Assembly: GCA_016789445.1 (NCBI GenBank) | Contig: JAEUQT010000002.1 | Location: 138,321-202,320, forward strand | Length of the DNA: 64,000 nt | DNA from: a bacterium | GTDB lineage: Bacteria > Patescibacteriota > Minisyncoccia > Phycocordibacterales > UBA2100 | Direction: 5' to 3' | Shown here: positions 1 to 10,802 of the stretch, one piece after another | Layout of the letters: each line of letters begins with the position of its first letter | Numbering within the stretch: the stretch's first letter is position 1 | Notes under the pieces: model-generated | Seen by the model: the letters and a program-made list of their open reading frames with translations, nothing else | Database searches by the model: none | What the model was told of the DNA's origin: nothing | Translations under genes and position numbers: made by a program

Positions 1-3000
1 GCGTCGGCGATATCCTCTATGCTGACTCGACGGGCTCACTGGCGAAGCTCCCGATCGGCGGCGCAGGAACGGTCCTCAAAGTGCAGGGAGGTCTCCCGTC
101 ATGGCAGACGGACCTCACCTCGGGCGGCGGTGGCGGTGCGACGGCATGGTCGACGACGACCGATTCCTTGGCAATCTATCCGACCGACACGACCGATGTT
201 CTCATCGTCGGCTCCAATGCGACTGCTACAACTAATAGCATCTTTGAGGTCTTCGGCCGCTCGTACTTCTCCAACAACGTTGGCATTGGAACCACTTCTC
301 CGGGCTCGATGCTCGCCGTTTCCGGCAACATCCTCGCGAATCGCATTACTGGTGCATTCTTCACCGCGACATCCACGACCGCATCCGTCTTCCCATACGC
401 ATCCACGACGGCACTTAGTGCGACGACACTCTGTCTCGCGTCTGACTGCCGCACCTCGTGGCCGACGGATTCGGAATTCTCCACTACATCCGCAGATTAC
501 TGGAAGACACAGCGTGATTTCTTCAGCACCACCTCCGCCTCATACTTCTCCTCCATCGGCCTCGCGTGGTCCACGACCTCAGCGAACTACTATCTTTCGC
601 AGAACGGCGCGCTCGGCTTCTCAACGACCTCGAATGACTACTGGATGTCGCAGAGGAATTTCTTCTCGACGACGAGTGCGAACTACTGGTCGTCGCTCGG
701 TCTCGGTTTCAGCACCTCGTCTGCAGATGCATGGAAGGACCAGCGGAACTTCTTCTCGACTACGTCCGCCTCATATTTCCTCTCGCAGAATCAGGGTAAC
801 GCGTTTTCGACGACGAGCGCGAACTATTGGGAGACCCAGCAGACCGTACGCACTGCAGACGATCTCACCAACAACTCGATCGAAGACCTGCAGGACGTTG
901 CCGCCATGACCGAGAACTACGGCGATCTCCTCTATTGGAATGGTTCCAGCTGGGCTGATATCGCGACATCGTCGCTCGGACTCCCGACATTCTCCGATCT
1001 CTCGTCGAATCTCGCCAACTACCTCACGCTCGCAGCGTGGTACGCCACCACCACCGATGGCCTCGATGAAGGCGCCACGAATCTTTACTTCACGAATACT
1101 CGAGTACAAACCTACCTCGATACCATCGGCAAGGGATACTTCTTCTCCACGACCAGCGCTGACGCATGGAAGGATCAAAGGAATTTCTTCTCGACGACAT
1201 CGGCGGCGTACTTCACGCACAGCTCGACCACGATCGCGAAGACCTACACGGCAAATGCCTTCACTGCACTCCAGACGTTCACGAACGCTTCGTCCACGCT
1301 TTTCTCCAGCGTCTATGCGTCATCGACTGTGGCAAACATCGGCACGCTTAACCTCGGTTCAGCACTTACGGTATCGAACGGTGGTACGGGTTCGACGACA
1401 CTCACCGGCCTCCTCAAAGGCAACGGTACCGGAGCGATTCAGACGGCAATTCCAGGTGTCGATTACCTCAACTCGACCGCAGGCGACTGGACCGGCACCT
1501 TCGACGGCCAGGAGGGAAGCTACTACCTCGCGAACTCGTTCTCCACATCGAGCGCCAACTACTGGCAGACTACGCGTGACTTCTTCTCCACGACGTCAGC
1601 TATCTACTTCGCACACTCGTCGACGACGATTCCGAAGACCTACACCGCCAATGTCTTCACGGCACTGCAGAACTTCGCAAACGCATCTTCAACGCTCTTC
1701 AGTGCGTCATATGCATCCACCACCAATCTCTTCGCAAACACGGCGTCTACGTCTAACCTCACCATCTCAGCTCTGCAGAATGGACTCTTGAAAGTGAGCG
1801 CCTCCGGCGTCGTCTCGCTCGCAGTTGCGGGGACTGACTACCAGAATTTCGCGTATCCGTTCCCGTCGAATGCAACGTCGACACTTATCAGCTTCAACGG
1901 AGGTCTCACCGCATATGCCTCTTCCACCGTCGGCAACGGCACGCAGACGGGAGGTCTCACCATTTCCGGCGGTGCCACCACGACGGGAAATGCGTACTTC
2001 GCGGGGAATGTGTCCACGGCGATGATACGCGATGGTTCGAACGTCAGTGCAGTGGATGTAGCTAACAGGAGATTGCTCAGTGCCAGCACGGTGAATGCGG
2101 TGGATTTCAGCTCTGCTTCAGCCATAAAGCTTTCCCAATACACGACGAACGGTTTCCTTACGGCTTCGGGTGGCAACGGAACATTGGCTGTCGATACGAC
2201 CCTCTCGACATCCGGTGGTAACCTCGGCGTCGGCACTTCTTCGCCGTATGCCAAGCTTTCCGTCGCAGGAGAAGTAGTAGGCGCGAACTTCACGGCGACC
2301 ACCACCGCAGTCAACACCTTCCCGACGCTTATGAGTACGAACGCATCGACGACGAACTTCGGCATTACGGGCGTCACGAGCGCGCTTCTCGCCACCGACG
2401 CGAACGGTCGCGTGTATGCGACGACCTCCATTTCCTCTGGTCTTCTCAACACCACCGGCGACTGGACCGGCACCTTCGATGGTCAGGAGGGAAGCTACTA
2501 CCTCGCGAACTCGTTCTCAACGACCAGCACGAACTACTGGCAGACGACGCGCAATTTCTTCTCGACGACCTCCGCTGATTACTGGGAGACGCAGCAGACC
2601 GCGCGTACCGCAGACGATCTAACGAACAACTCGATCGAAGACCTGCAGGATGTCGCAGCGATGACCGAGAACTACGGTGACCTCCTCGGATGGAACGGAA
2701 GTACGTGGACTGATTTTGCGACCTCATCACTCGGCATTGCGATCGGGGACACCACCGGAACGCTCAGCGTCTCGCGCGGCGGCACCGGCGCGACATCATT
2801 CACGTCCGGCTCTCTTATCTATGGTTCTGGCACTGGTGCACTTCAGAGTGTTGCAACTACAACAGCAACCATCGGCGGCTCGCTCACATACTCTGGCACC
2901 TTCGGGGCACTCGTCGGCGGTTCATCCGGTACGCTCTCGCTCAACCTCGGCAATGCGAATACGTGGACTGCACTGCAGCAGTTCGGTGCAGGCGCATCTT

Positions 3001-6000
3001 CAACGGCACTCTCCGCATACAACACGATCTCCGTCGGCCGCACCTCAACGACGACCATCCGTGGTGACAACCAGGCAAGCACGTTGCCATACGCATCCAC
3101 GACCGCAATCACTGCAACGACCGCAAGCACGACGAACCTCATCATCTCCGGCCTCAACAATGGTCTCTTGAAGGTGGGTAGCGATGGCACGGTCTCACTT
3201 GCGGTAGTGGGCACCGACTACTCAAATTTCGCCTATCCGTTCCCGTCAAATGCAACGTCGACACTCTTGAGCTTCAACGGTGGCCTTATTGCAAATGCGT
3301 CGTCGAGCATCAATGCGCTCTCATCCGTCATTTCGACTTCGACGAACGCTACGTCGACGACACTCTTCGCAACTGGCTCTCGATTCATCAATGCAACCAC
3401 GACGTCGCTCGGAATCAATAGCGAGACCTTCACCGACCTCACCGGCACCGGTCTTCAGAACGTCGGTGGCGCACTCACGCTCAACGCGACGGGCGACTGG
3501 ACCGGCACCTTCGACGGTCAGGAGGGAAGTTACTACCTCGCGAACTCGTTCTCCACGACATCGGCAGATTACTGGAAGACGCAGCGCGACTTCTTCTCCA
3601 CGACTTCAGCAGTCTACTTCGTCCATTCCTCGACAACAATTCCAAAGACCTACACGGCAAATGCATTCACGGCGCTCCAGAACTTCGCGAACGCATCCTC
3701 CACGCTCTTTAGCGCATCGTACGCATCCACGACTGCGCTCTTCGCCAACACTGCCTCAACCTCCAACCTCACCATCTCCGCACTCCAGAATGGTCTCTTG
3801 AAGGTGAATGCGTCTGGCGTCGTCTCGCTCGCTGTTGCGGGGACTGACTACCAGACCTTCGGGTATCTCTTCCCGAACAATGCAACATCAACATTGCTCG
3901 CATTTAACGGTGGTCTCACCACGACGAACGCAACATCTACAAACGCTACCTCCACTAACGCGCTCTTTGCAAATGTCGGTGCCTTCTCCGTCGCTCGTTT
4001 CGGTGCCACCGCCACTTCCTCATTCGCCTCCAACGGCGCACTCACGCTTGCAACCGCGCTCACCGTCCCGAACGGCGGTACGGGTGCAACTTCTTTCACC
4101 TCCGGCTCGCTCGTGTACGGCTCTGGCACCGGCGCACTGCAGAGTGTCGCGACGACAACAGCAACCCTCGGCGGCAGCCTCTCGTACACCGGCACCTTCG
4201 GCGCGCTCGTCGGTGGTTCGTCCGGCACGCTCTCACTCAACATGGGCAATGCGAACACCTGGACTGCACTCCAGACCTTCGCAAACGCATCCTCGACGCT
4301 CTTCTCCTCGAGCTACGCATCGACGACGAACCTCTTCGCTTTCAACGCATCTACGTCTAACCTCACCATTTCAAGCGTCTCGAATGCGCTCCTCAAGACG
4401 AATGCATCGGGCCAGGTCGCTGCAGCAGTCCTTGGCACCGACTACCAGAACTTCGCGTATCCATTCGGCCTCACCGGCAACGCTACTTCAAGTCTCACAC
4501 AGTTCAACGGCGGCCTCACGGCGTATGCATCATCGACGATCGGTGCAGGTGGCCAGACGACTGGTCTCACCATCTCCGGTGGCGCAACGACAACCGGCTA
4601 CCTCAAGGTACTCAGCACGGCAACTTCAAGCTTCGCCGGCCCGCTTGCTATCACCTCATCCGGCACCTCGACGTTCGCGAACGGCATTCAGCTCTCTGCA
4701 GGCTGCTTCCGCGATGTGAACGGCAACTGTATCGGCAATCAGGACCTCTCCGCATACGTAGACGGGGCAGGCAGCGGATCGACGAATCGCGTCGCCTACT
4801 GGAGCGACAGTAATACGCTGACCTCCGATGCCGACTTCTCATTCGATGGCACGACCGTAACGGCGCGTGATCTTCTCATCCAGCACACGGCGCCGATCCT
4901 CTCCTTGAACGATAGCGATACGACGGGAACCGACTTCCGTCTCGACGTTGCCGATGGTACGGCGACCTTCAAGGCCGATGTTTCGGCAGCGTTATCAAAC
5001 GAATACTTCGCCTGGACGACCAACAACAATGAGAAGATGCGCCTCATCGAATCCGGTAATCTCGGGATCGGCGCCACAGGTCCGCGCGGCCCGCTCGATG
5101 TCATGAAGAATGGCTTCGACGTGCTTGGTACGGGAGACTGGATGGAAGTCGGTCGTTTCGTTGATGCCTCAGAGCTGAAGGGTATCAGCCTCGGGTATGA
5201 CAACAATAACGATGTCTCGCTCATCGCCTCGCATACTGGCGGTGGTGGAGAGAACGGTCTCGCGTTCTGGACATACGGCGGCGGCTGGGGTGAGCGAATG
5301 CGCTTGAGCAATACCGGCAACCTCGGCATCGGCACGACGACGCCGCAGCACAAACTCTCGATTACCGATGCGTCTGCGCCCCAGCTCTCCCTCTCCGCCG
5401 GAGCAGGCATCGCTCAGTGGACCCAGCGCAACGCAGGAGGGAACTTGTACTTCTCGACGACGACCGTCGCGGGTACGGCAACAACGACCATCGCTGCACT
5501 CGAGATCTCCGGCTCAGGATTCGGCACCACCACCGTCCGCGGCCTCAACATCAATGGTCAGGCAACCTCGACATCGAATGTCGGCTTCAACCTCACCGCC
5601 GGCTGCTATGCGATCAATGGGATGTGTATCACCGGCGGTTCGGGCAGCTCGTTCGCGTATCCGTTCAGTCTCACCGGCAACGCGACCTCGACCCTGACTC
5701 AGTTCAATGGCGGATTGACGGCGTACGCATCCACTACTATCGGCGCGGGTGGCCAGACTACAGGCCTCACCATCTCCGGCGGCGCGACGACGACCGGTAA
5801 TGCGTACTTTGCGGGCAATGTCGGCATCAACGTCACCAATCCTTCCGACCGTTTGGAGGTAGAAGGCAATATCAACCTCCGCGACGGTTACCTGACGTTC
5901 CAGAATCAGGGCTATGGTCTCTTCGGGCTCTCGACACCAAGCCTGCTCTTCTACAACGACAGCATCCGCTTCGTGAATAGCGGCAATAATCTCATGCGCG

Positions 6001-9000
6001 TCACGAGCGGCGGCAGCGTCGGCATCGGCACCACCTCCCCGTATGCAAAGCTCTCCGTCGTCGGTGATGTGGTCGGCGCGCGCTTCATCGCTACCACCTC
6101 CACGGCAAGCATCTTCCCGTATGCATCCACGACGGCACTCTCAGCGGCAACACTCTGCCTCACGGGTGATTCCTGCATCGCAGCGTGGCCGACCGGAGGT
6201 GGTGCAGCGTATCCGTTCAGTCTCACCGGTAACGCCACCTCGACCCTGACTCAGTTCAACGGCGGTCTTACCGCATATGCTTCCTCGACAATCGGCGACG
6301 GTACGCAGACCGGAGGACTTATGATTTCTGGAGGTGCAACGACGACCGGAAATTCTTATACGGGGGGTGATGCATATTTCGCAACGAAAGTCGGAATCGG
6401 GACATCTGATCCCGATCTCGTTACTTCAAATCTGACCATAGTCGGGTCGTCTGTATCGCAGAAAATCATCGATAATACCTCGGATTTCATCGCGTTATCG
6501 AAATTAAACCTTGTTGCAGGAGAGACTTTGCCCGTTGATCTAATAATTGCAGCGCAGCGCAGCGCAGCATTTCCCACCTTGGAGTTTGGTGTAATTGGTA
6601 CGCTCTCGAATCATAATCTCGTGTTTGCAACAAATGACGTAGGTCGACTTACAGTTACTGCTGGTGGCAATGTGGGTATTGGTACGACATCGCCGTCTTC
6701 ATTGCTTACTGTATTTTCCACCACATCGCCACAGCTCTCTCTCTCGGCGGGTGGAGGAATCGCCCAATGGACTCAGCGCAACGCGGGTGGCAACCTCTAC
6801 TTTTCTACAACGACACTAGACGGCCTTGCTACCACTTCCCTTGCGGCTCTCTCTATTCGAGGTGCGACAGGTAATGTGGGCGTAGGAACTTCGTCACCGG
6901 GCACGCTCTTCTCGATCGGTAATACCAACGGCGTTAACTTCACTACAGCTACCACAACCTTCGGTGGTACGGGCGGCATTGATTTGCGCAATGGCGGATG
7001 CTTCGCTATCAACGGCACCTGCATCGGCGCAGGTGGAGCAGGAGATGGTGTCGGCAACTGGTTCACCGGCACGACGAACTTCAATGCGGTTGCCAGCGCA
7101 ACGACGACACCGATCTGGCTCCAGAGTGGCGCGAATCTCTTCGCATCATCGACAGTGCGCTTCGGTAACGCCGGTGTCAGTGAGTTCTTCTACAACTCGT
7201 CCATCGGCAACCTCGGTCTTGGCACCACCACGCCGTTTGCCACGCTCCAGATCGCAACGACGACTGGCAAGAATCTCATTCTTTCTGACAGCGGCGCAGG
7301 CATCAACTTGAAGCATTGGCTCTTCTCCTCACGAGGTGGCAATTTCTACATCGGCACCACAACCGATCTCTATGCATCTTCCACCATTGCAGCGCTCACG
7401 CTCAACACCAATGGCAACCTTGGTGTCGGTACCACGACACCGTATGCGAAGCTCTCCGTCGTTGGTGGCGTCGCTGCACAGTACTTCAACTCAGACAGCT
7501 CGACGGCGACCTCCACGTTTGCGGGAGGCCTCAACGTCGGGAATGGTGCGCTTAAATATGATTACTCTGCAGGTCTCACAACCATCCAGAATCTTGCCAT
7601 CGGTGCCATCAATTTCGACGCTGACGGTGGCATTCTCTCGTGGGTAGACATGCCGGTGACTTCGAGCGCAGCCGTGGGAACCGTTGAGAGCTACTCGGCA
7701 CAGATCGATGGTACTTCCATCCTCACCGTCTACAGCGAATCGGACGGTATCGGTGGCATCAAGGCGACCAGCACCAAGATCGGTATCGGTACGACGACGC
7801 CGTTTGCAAAGCTCGCGATCCAGGCTTCCGACGTGCAGACCGCTCCACTTTTCGAGATCGCTTCTACTTCGAGTGCCACGAAGTTCCTCTCGGTTTCGGG
7901 TACCGGCTTCGGCACCACCACCCTCTCGGGCCTCAACATCTCCGGCAGCGCAACCTCCACCTCGAACGTCGGCTTCAACATCACGGCGGGGTGCTATGCG
8001 ATCAATGGGACATGTATTACTGGCGGCGGAGGCGGGGGCTCCGGCGGGGGCTCGTGGTCCACGACAACCTCGCCAGTCTCTGGCCAATTGGTGAATTATC
8101 CGAACAATGCCACGGATGTCGTTGCGATTGGCTCCAACTCGACGACGACCGCAGAATACTGGTTCGATCCGAATGCGGGCATTTCATATCTTTCTGGAAA
8201 TGTTGGTATTGGTACACTGAATCCTGTATCTTCACTTGATTTGGGTCCCGCTGCGAATGGTCGGGGTATCGCATGGGGAGGTTCTTCCGGTAACGCGAAC
8301 TACAGCAATATTTTTTCTTCTTACAGCGCAGCCGCTCTAGTACTTGCCACTGGACTTCGTGCATCAACGACCGCGGATGTTTATGAGTCCAGTTACGGGT
8401 CTTCCATCTCACGCACCGCAATCCGCTTGAACCCGTACGGTTCAAACGCGGCTGGCTCAATTCAATTCTTTACTGACAGCGCTTCTACCGTAGCCGTTGG
8501 GACTGCGATCACTCCCACGGAGCGCGTACGTATTACTTCGAATGGTAGTGTCGGGATCGGAACAAGCACGCCGTATTCTGGAGACAAACTCAGTATCTAT
8601 GGTGGCAATTTGTTCCTAGCGAATACTGCGTCCCCGCAAATCGTTCTCAAGGATGGAGCTCAATCTAACAATAATCTAGGGTTCCGCTCGGTTTCGGGCG
8701 TCGGTCACATTGGACGATTCAATGATAACGGTACTCTTTCCAGCTTTATACAGACCTTCGATCTGTCGACTGGCAATGTCGGCATAGGTTCGACGACCCC
8801 ATGGGCGAAACTCTCTATCGTCGGTAACCATGGCGTGCCGCAGTTCATCATCGCGACGACGTCTGATCCGAGCGGCGACGGTCAGCATCCGCTCTTCATC
8901 GTCCAGTCGACGACCACCGGTAAGCTCAACTACCAGCGTATCGGTATGGGTACGACGACGCAGTGGGGCAATGCAGGCCTGCGCGATCAGCTCGTCGTCG

Positions 9001-10778
9001 ATGGCCGTATCTACTCAACGTGGCGCTATGCAGGATGTGATTTCGTCGGTGGACATTTGATCGCTGCACTTACCGCAGATACCGCGAACATTTGTGGACC
9101 ATTTTCTCTCGACGTTCAAGGAACAGTGACGGGTGCGCTGGGTAGCGCGTATCCGGGCTACTATGAAATTCGCTCAGGAACGGTACCTGCTGCGAATACC
9201 GGTACGACATTCCGCACGTGGAGTCATGTTGCTTCAGCAACCACTAGCCCGGTCATGGAGGCGATGGTGCAAATCGGATCCGCCGGTACCGCAACGACAA
9301 CGCCACTTTTCCTGGTCGGTTTCTACGGATCTGCCTCAGCGACGACTACGCCAGGTACGTTACCGGCCAATGGTGCGTACTTCGTGGCAACTTCGACAAA
9401 TACGTGGCGACTCGTTACGCGTAAAACCAATGTAGAGACCATAACTGAAACGAATATCGCAACCTCATCGACCTCATTCCAGCGATTGCGTGTCGAATTG
9501 ACCGATCAGGAGGCAACGTTCTTAATCAACGGTAATGTTGTTGGTCGCCATACGACGAATATTCCAGTAACGTACCTATCTCCTGCTGCGATTTCCGCTA
9601 TCGCAGGCGGTGCGACTTCGGGCACATCGGGCGCGTACCGCGCCCTCCGTATCTCGATGTTCCGTCTTTGGGTGGATGATCCGCCAGGAGGAATACCGAT
9701 TGCTGGAACAGAAACAGAAGATCTCTATAACCCAATAGAAGGTGCCGACATAGCAGAAGCGTATCTTGCAGACGATCCTATCAAGATGATCGAAGGCAGT
9801 ATCGTTTCGAACGCAACGACCACCGAAAAACATATTGCACGTTCGAGCGGACGTTACGATTCCCAGATCATGGGCGTTATCGCAACGTCGCCAAAGATGG
9901 TGCTTGGTGATGAAGCTTCGACCACTGTACGCGTCGGCATGGTCGGTCGCGTGCCGGTCATCGTTTCCCTCGAAAACGGCGCTATCAAGAAGGGTGATCC
10001 GATCACTTCATCGAGCCTGACAGGTATCGGTATGAAGGCTCGCCGCCCAGGTGCTATCGTCGGCAAGACGCTCGCAGGATTCGACCCGGAGAATAATGTC
10101 GGCTTCTGCGATGCTGAACTTAAGCAGCAGCTCACCGACCTGGGCGTACCGGTCACCTCAGATGGCTGCTACGGCCGCGTGCTCGTCGTCCTCGACGCCG
10201 ACTTCGACATGGGCATCGGCGAGATCGTCCAAGACGCGATGACGAGCGTTACCAACTTCGGCGCGGCGATGGACGAGCTCATGAATACTGCCTTCGAGAA
10301 GGGCGCTGAGCTCACCAAGTTCGTCGTCGGCAACATTGTCGCGAAGATCGCCATCATCGAGAAGCTCTTCGTCAGGGAGACCCACACCCAGACGCTCTGC
10401 ATCGCAGATGGCAACGGCTCGGAAACCTGCATTACCAAGGCGCAGCTCGACGCGCTCCTGGCGAATGTCGGCGTCGCTGCCGCTCCGCAGCCCCAGTCGG
10501 AACCAGAAACGCAGCCGGACGGAAACGCATCCTCGACGCCACCGACCGATTCTGGAAATGGTAATGCAAGCTCAACCCCGCCTGTCGCTGAAGGCGGTTC
10601 GGGCTCCGACGGCTCGTCCGAAGCGCCAGAAGAGACACCTCCTGCAGAAGAAGCTCCTGCCGAGGAACCGCCTACCGAAGCAGAGCCTGAGCCGACCCCT
10701 CAGCCGGAACCCGAACCAGCCCCGGCTCCTGAAGAGCCAGCAGGAGAGACCGCAGCCGCCCCTGAAGATGCTTCATAG
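1..10778 (+). CDS. giant repetitive cell-surface protein, 5'-partial (frame open to window edge; >3,590 aa)
   Basis: The frame is open from nt 3, and the ORF-track start at 81 is an internal GTG. The protein is S/T/G/A-rich with hierarchical repeats. FSTTSA(D/N)YW(K/E)TQR(D/N)FFSTTSA units occur many times. GDWTGTFDGQEGSYYLANSFSTTS occurs at ~1480, ~2450 and ~3490, giving a 1-kb period. FAYPF(P/S)..NATSTL..FNGGLTAYASSTIG occurs at ~1850, 4450, 5650 and 6210, and GIGTTSPYAKLSVVG units recur. A non-repetitive C-terminal domain (~9650-10480) is followed by a Pro/Glu-rich tail. Confidence 0.8.
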   Translation, partial: VGDILYADSTGSLAKLPIGGAGTVLKVQGGLPSWQTDLTSGGGGGATAWSTTTDSLAIYPTDTTDVLIVGSNATATTNSIFEVFGRSYFSNNVGIGTTSPGSMLAVSGNILANRITGAFFTATSTTASVFPYASTTALSATTLCLASDCRTSWPTDSEFSTTSADYWKTQRDFFSTTSASYFSSIGLAWSTTSANYYLSQNGALGFSTTSNDYWMSQRNFFSTTSANYWSSLGLGFSTSSADAWKDQRNFFSTTSASYFLSQNQGNAFSTTSANYWETQQTVRTADDLTNNSIEDLQDVAAMTENYGDLLYWNGSSWADIATSSLGLPTFSDLSSNLANYLTLAAWYATTTDGLDEGATNLYFTNTRVQTYLDTIGKGYFFSTTSADAWKDQRNFFSTTSAAYFTHSSTTIAKTYTANAFTALQTFTNASSTLFSSVYASSTVANIGTLNLGSALTVSNGGTGSTTLTGLLKGNGTGAIQTAIPGVDYLNSTAGDWTGTFDGQEGSYYLANSFSTSSANYWQTTRDFFSTTSAIYFAHSSTTIPKTYTANVFTALQNFANASSTLFSASYASTTNLFANTASTSNLTISALQNGLLKVSASGVVSLAVAGTDYQNFAYPFPSNATSTLISFNGGLTAYASSTVGNGTQTGGLTISGGATTTGNAYFAGNVSTAMIRDGSNVSAVDVANRRLLSASTVNAVDFSSASAIKLSQYTTNGFLTASGGNGTLAVDTTLSTSGGNLGVGTSSPYAKLSVAGEVVGANFTATTTAVNTFPTLMSTNASTTNFGITGVTSALLATDANGRVYATTSISSGLLNTTGDWTGTFDGQEGSYYLANSFSTTSTNYWQTTRNFFSTTSADYWETQQTARTADDLTNNSIEDLQDVAAMTENYGDLLGWNGSTWTDFATSSLGIAIGDTTGTLSVSRGGTGATSFTSGSLIYGSGTGALQSVATTTATIGGSLTYSGTFGALVGGSSGTLSLNLGNANTWTALQQFGAGASSTALSAYNTISVGRTSTTTIRGDNQASTLPYASTTAITATTASTTNLIISGLNNGLLKVGSDGTVSLAVVGTDYSNFAYPFPSNATSTLLSFNGGLIANASSSINALSSVISTSTNATSTTLFATGSRFINATTTSLGINSETFTDLTGTGLQNVGGALTLNATGDWTGTFDGQEGSYYLANSFSTTSADYWKTQRDFFSTTSAVYFVHSSTTIPKTYTANAFTALQNFANASSTLFSASYASTTALFANTASTSNLTISALQNGLLKVNASGVVSLAVAGTDYQTFGYLFPNNATSTLLAFNGGLTTTNATSTNATSTNALFANVGAFSVARFGATATSSFASNGALTLATALTVPNGGTGATSFTSGSLVYGSGTGALQSVATTTATLGGSLSYTGTFGALVGGSSGTLSLNMGNANTWTALQTFANASSTLFSSSYASTTNLFAFNASTSNLTISSVSNALLKTNASGQVAAAVLGTDYQNFAYPFGLTGNATSSLTQFNGGLTAYASSTIGAGGQTTGLTISGGATTTGYLKVLSTATSSFAGPLAITSSGTSTFANGIQLSAGCFRDVNGNCIGNQDLSAYVDGAGSGSTNRVAYWSDSNTLTSDADFSFDGTTVTARDLLIQHTAPILSLNDSDTTGTDFRLDVADGTATFKADVSAALSNEYFAWTTNNNEKMRLIESGNLGIGATGPRGPLDVMKNGFDVLGTGDWMEVGRFVDASELKGISLGYDNNNDVSLIASHTGGGGENGLAFWTYGGGWGERMRLSNTGNLGIGTTTPQHKLSITDASAPQLSLSAGAGIAQWTQRNAGGNLYFSTTTVAGTATTTIAALEISGSGFGTTTVRGLNINGQATSTSNVGFNLTAGCYAINGMCITGGSGSSFAYPFSLTGNATSTLTQFNGGLTAYASTTIGAGGQTTGLTISGGATTTGNAYFAGNVGINVTNPSDRLEVEGNINLRDGYLTFQNQGYGLFGLSTPSLLFYNDSIRFVNSGNNLMRVTSGGSVGIGTTSPYAKLSVVGDVVGARFIATTSTASIFPYASTTALSAATLCLTGDSCIAAWPTGGGAAYPFSLTGNATSTLTQFNGGLTAYASSTIGDGTQTGGLMISGGATTTGNSYTGGDAYFATKVGIGTSDPDLVTSNLTIVGSSVSQKIIDNTSDFIALSKLNLVAGETLPVDLIIAAQRSAAFPTLEFGVIGTLSNHNLVFATNDVGRLTVTAGGNVGIGTTSPSSLLTVFSTTSPQLSLSAGGGIAQWTQRNAGGNLYFSTTTLDGLATTSLAALSIRGATGNVGVGTSSPGTLFSIGNTNGVNFTTATTTFGGTGGIDLRNGGCFAINGTCIGAGGAGDGVGNWFTGTTNFNAVASATTTPIWLQSGANLFASSTVRFGNAGVSEFFYNSSIGNLGLGTTTPFATLQIATTTGKNLILSDSGAGINLKHWLFSSRGGNFYIGTTTDLYASSTIAALTLNTNGNLGVGTTTPYAKLSVVGGVAAQYFNSDSSTATSTFAGGLNVGNGALKYDYSAGLTTIQNLAIGAINFDADGGILSWVDMPVTSSAAVGTVESYSAQIDGTSILTVYSESDGIGGIKATSTKIGIGTTTPFAKLAIQASDVQTAPLFEIASTSSATKFLSVSGTGFGTTTLSGLNISGSATSTSNVGFNITAGCYAINGTCITGGGGGGSGGGSWSTTTSPVSGQLVNYPNNATDVVAIGSNSTTTAEYWFDPNAGISYLSGNVGIGTLNPVSSLDLGPAANGRGIAWGGSSGNANYSNIFSSYSAAALVLATGLRASTTADVYESSYGSSISRTAIRLNPYGSNAAGSIQFFTDSASTVAVGTAITPTERVRITSNGSVGIGTSTPYSGDKLSIYGGNLFLANTASPQIVLKDGAQSNNNLGFRSVSGVGHIGRFNDNGTLSSFIQTFDLSTGNVGIGSTTPWAKLSIVGNHGVPQFIIATTSDPSGDGQHPLFIVQSTTTGKLNYQRIGMGTTTQWGNAGLRDQLVVDGRIYSTWRYAGCDFVGGHLIAALTADTANICGPFSLDVQGTVTGALGSAYPGYYEIRSGTVPAANTGTTFRTWSHVASATTSPVMEAMVQIGSAGTATTTPLFLVGFYGSASATTTPGTLPANGAYFVATSTNTWRLVTRKTNVETITETNIATSSTSFQRLRVELTDQEATFLINGNVVGRHTTNIPVTYLSPAAISAIAGGATSGTSGAYRALRISMFRLWVDDPPGGIPIAGTETEDLYNPIEGADIAEAYLADDPIKMIEGSIVSNATTTEKHIARSSGRYDSQIMGVIATSPKMVLGDEASTTVRVGMVGRVPVIVSLENGAIKKGDPITSSSLTGIGMKARRPGAIVGKTLAGFDPENNVGFCDAELKQQLTDLGVPVTSDGCYGRVLVVLDADFDMGIGEIVQDAMTSVTNFGAAMDELMNTAFEKGAELTKFVVGNIVAKIAIIEKLFVRETHTQTLCIADGNGSETCITKAQLDALLANVGVAAAPQPQSEPETQPDGNASSTPPTDSGNGNASSTPPVAEGGSGSDGSSEAPEETPPAEEAPAEEPPTEAEPEPTPQPEPEPAPAPEEPAGETAAAPEDAS

Positions 10779-10802
10779 AGAATAGTCGAGTAGAATAGCG
10801 CC

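Noticed and set aside
19-909. 296-aa + strand ORF and many long ORFs antisense to or out of frame with real genes (e.g. 36780-37997, 35703-36635, 30365-31156, 57141-58115, 62488-63321, 47858-48682, 13750-14361, 26825-27859)
   Set aside because: They overlap strongly supported genes. Their Arg/Pro/Ser-rich low-complexity translations are typical of spurious ORFs in high-GC DNA. They have no motifs and no sensible starts.
6541-6560. CAGCG pentamer microsatellite (cagcgcagcgcagcgcagca) and GGC-rich tracts at 13500-14350
   Set aside because: These are short in-frame low-complexity coding repeats (Ala/Gln and poly-Gly), not CRISPR or regulatory repeats. No CRISPR array with regular repeat-spacer structure is present.
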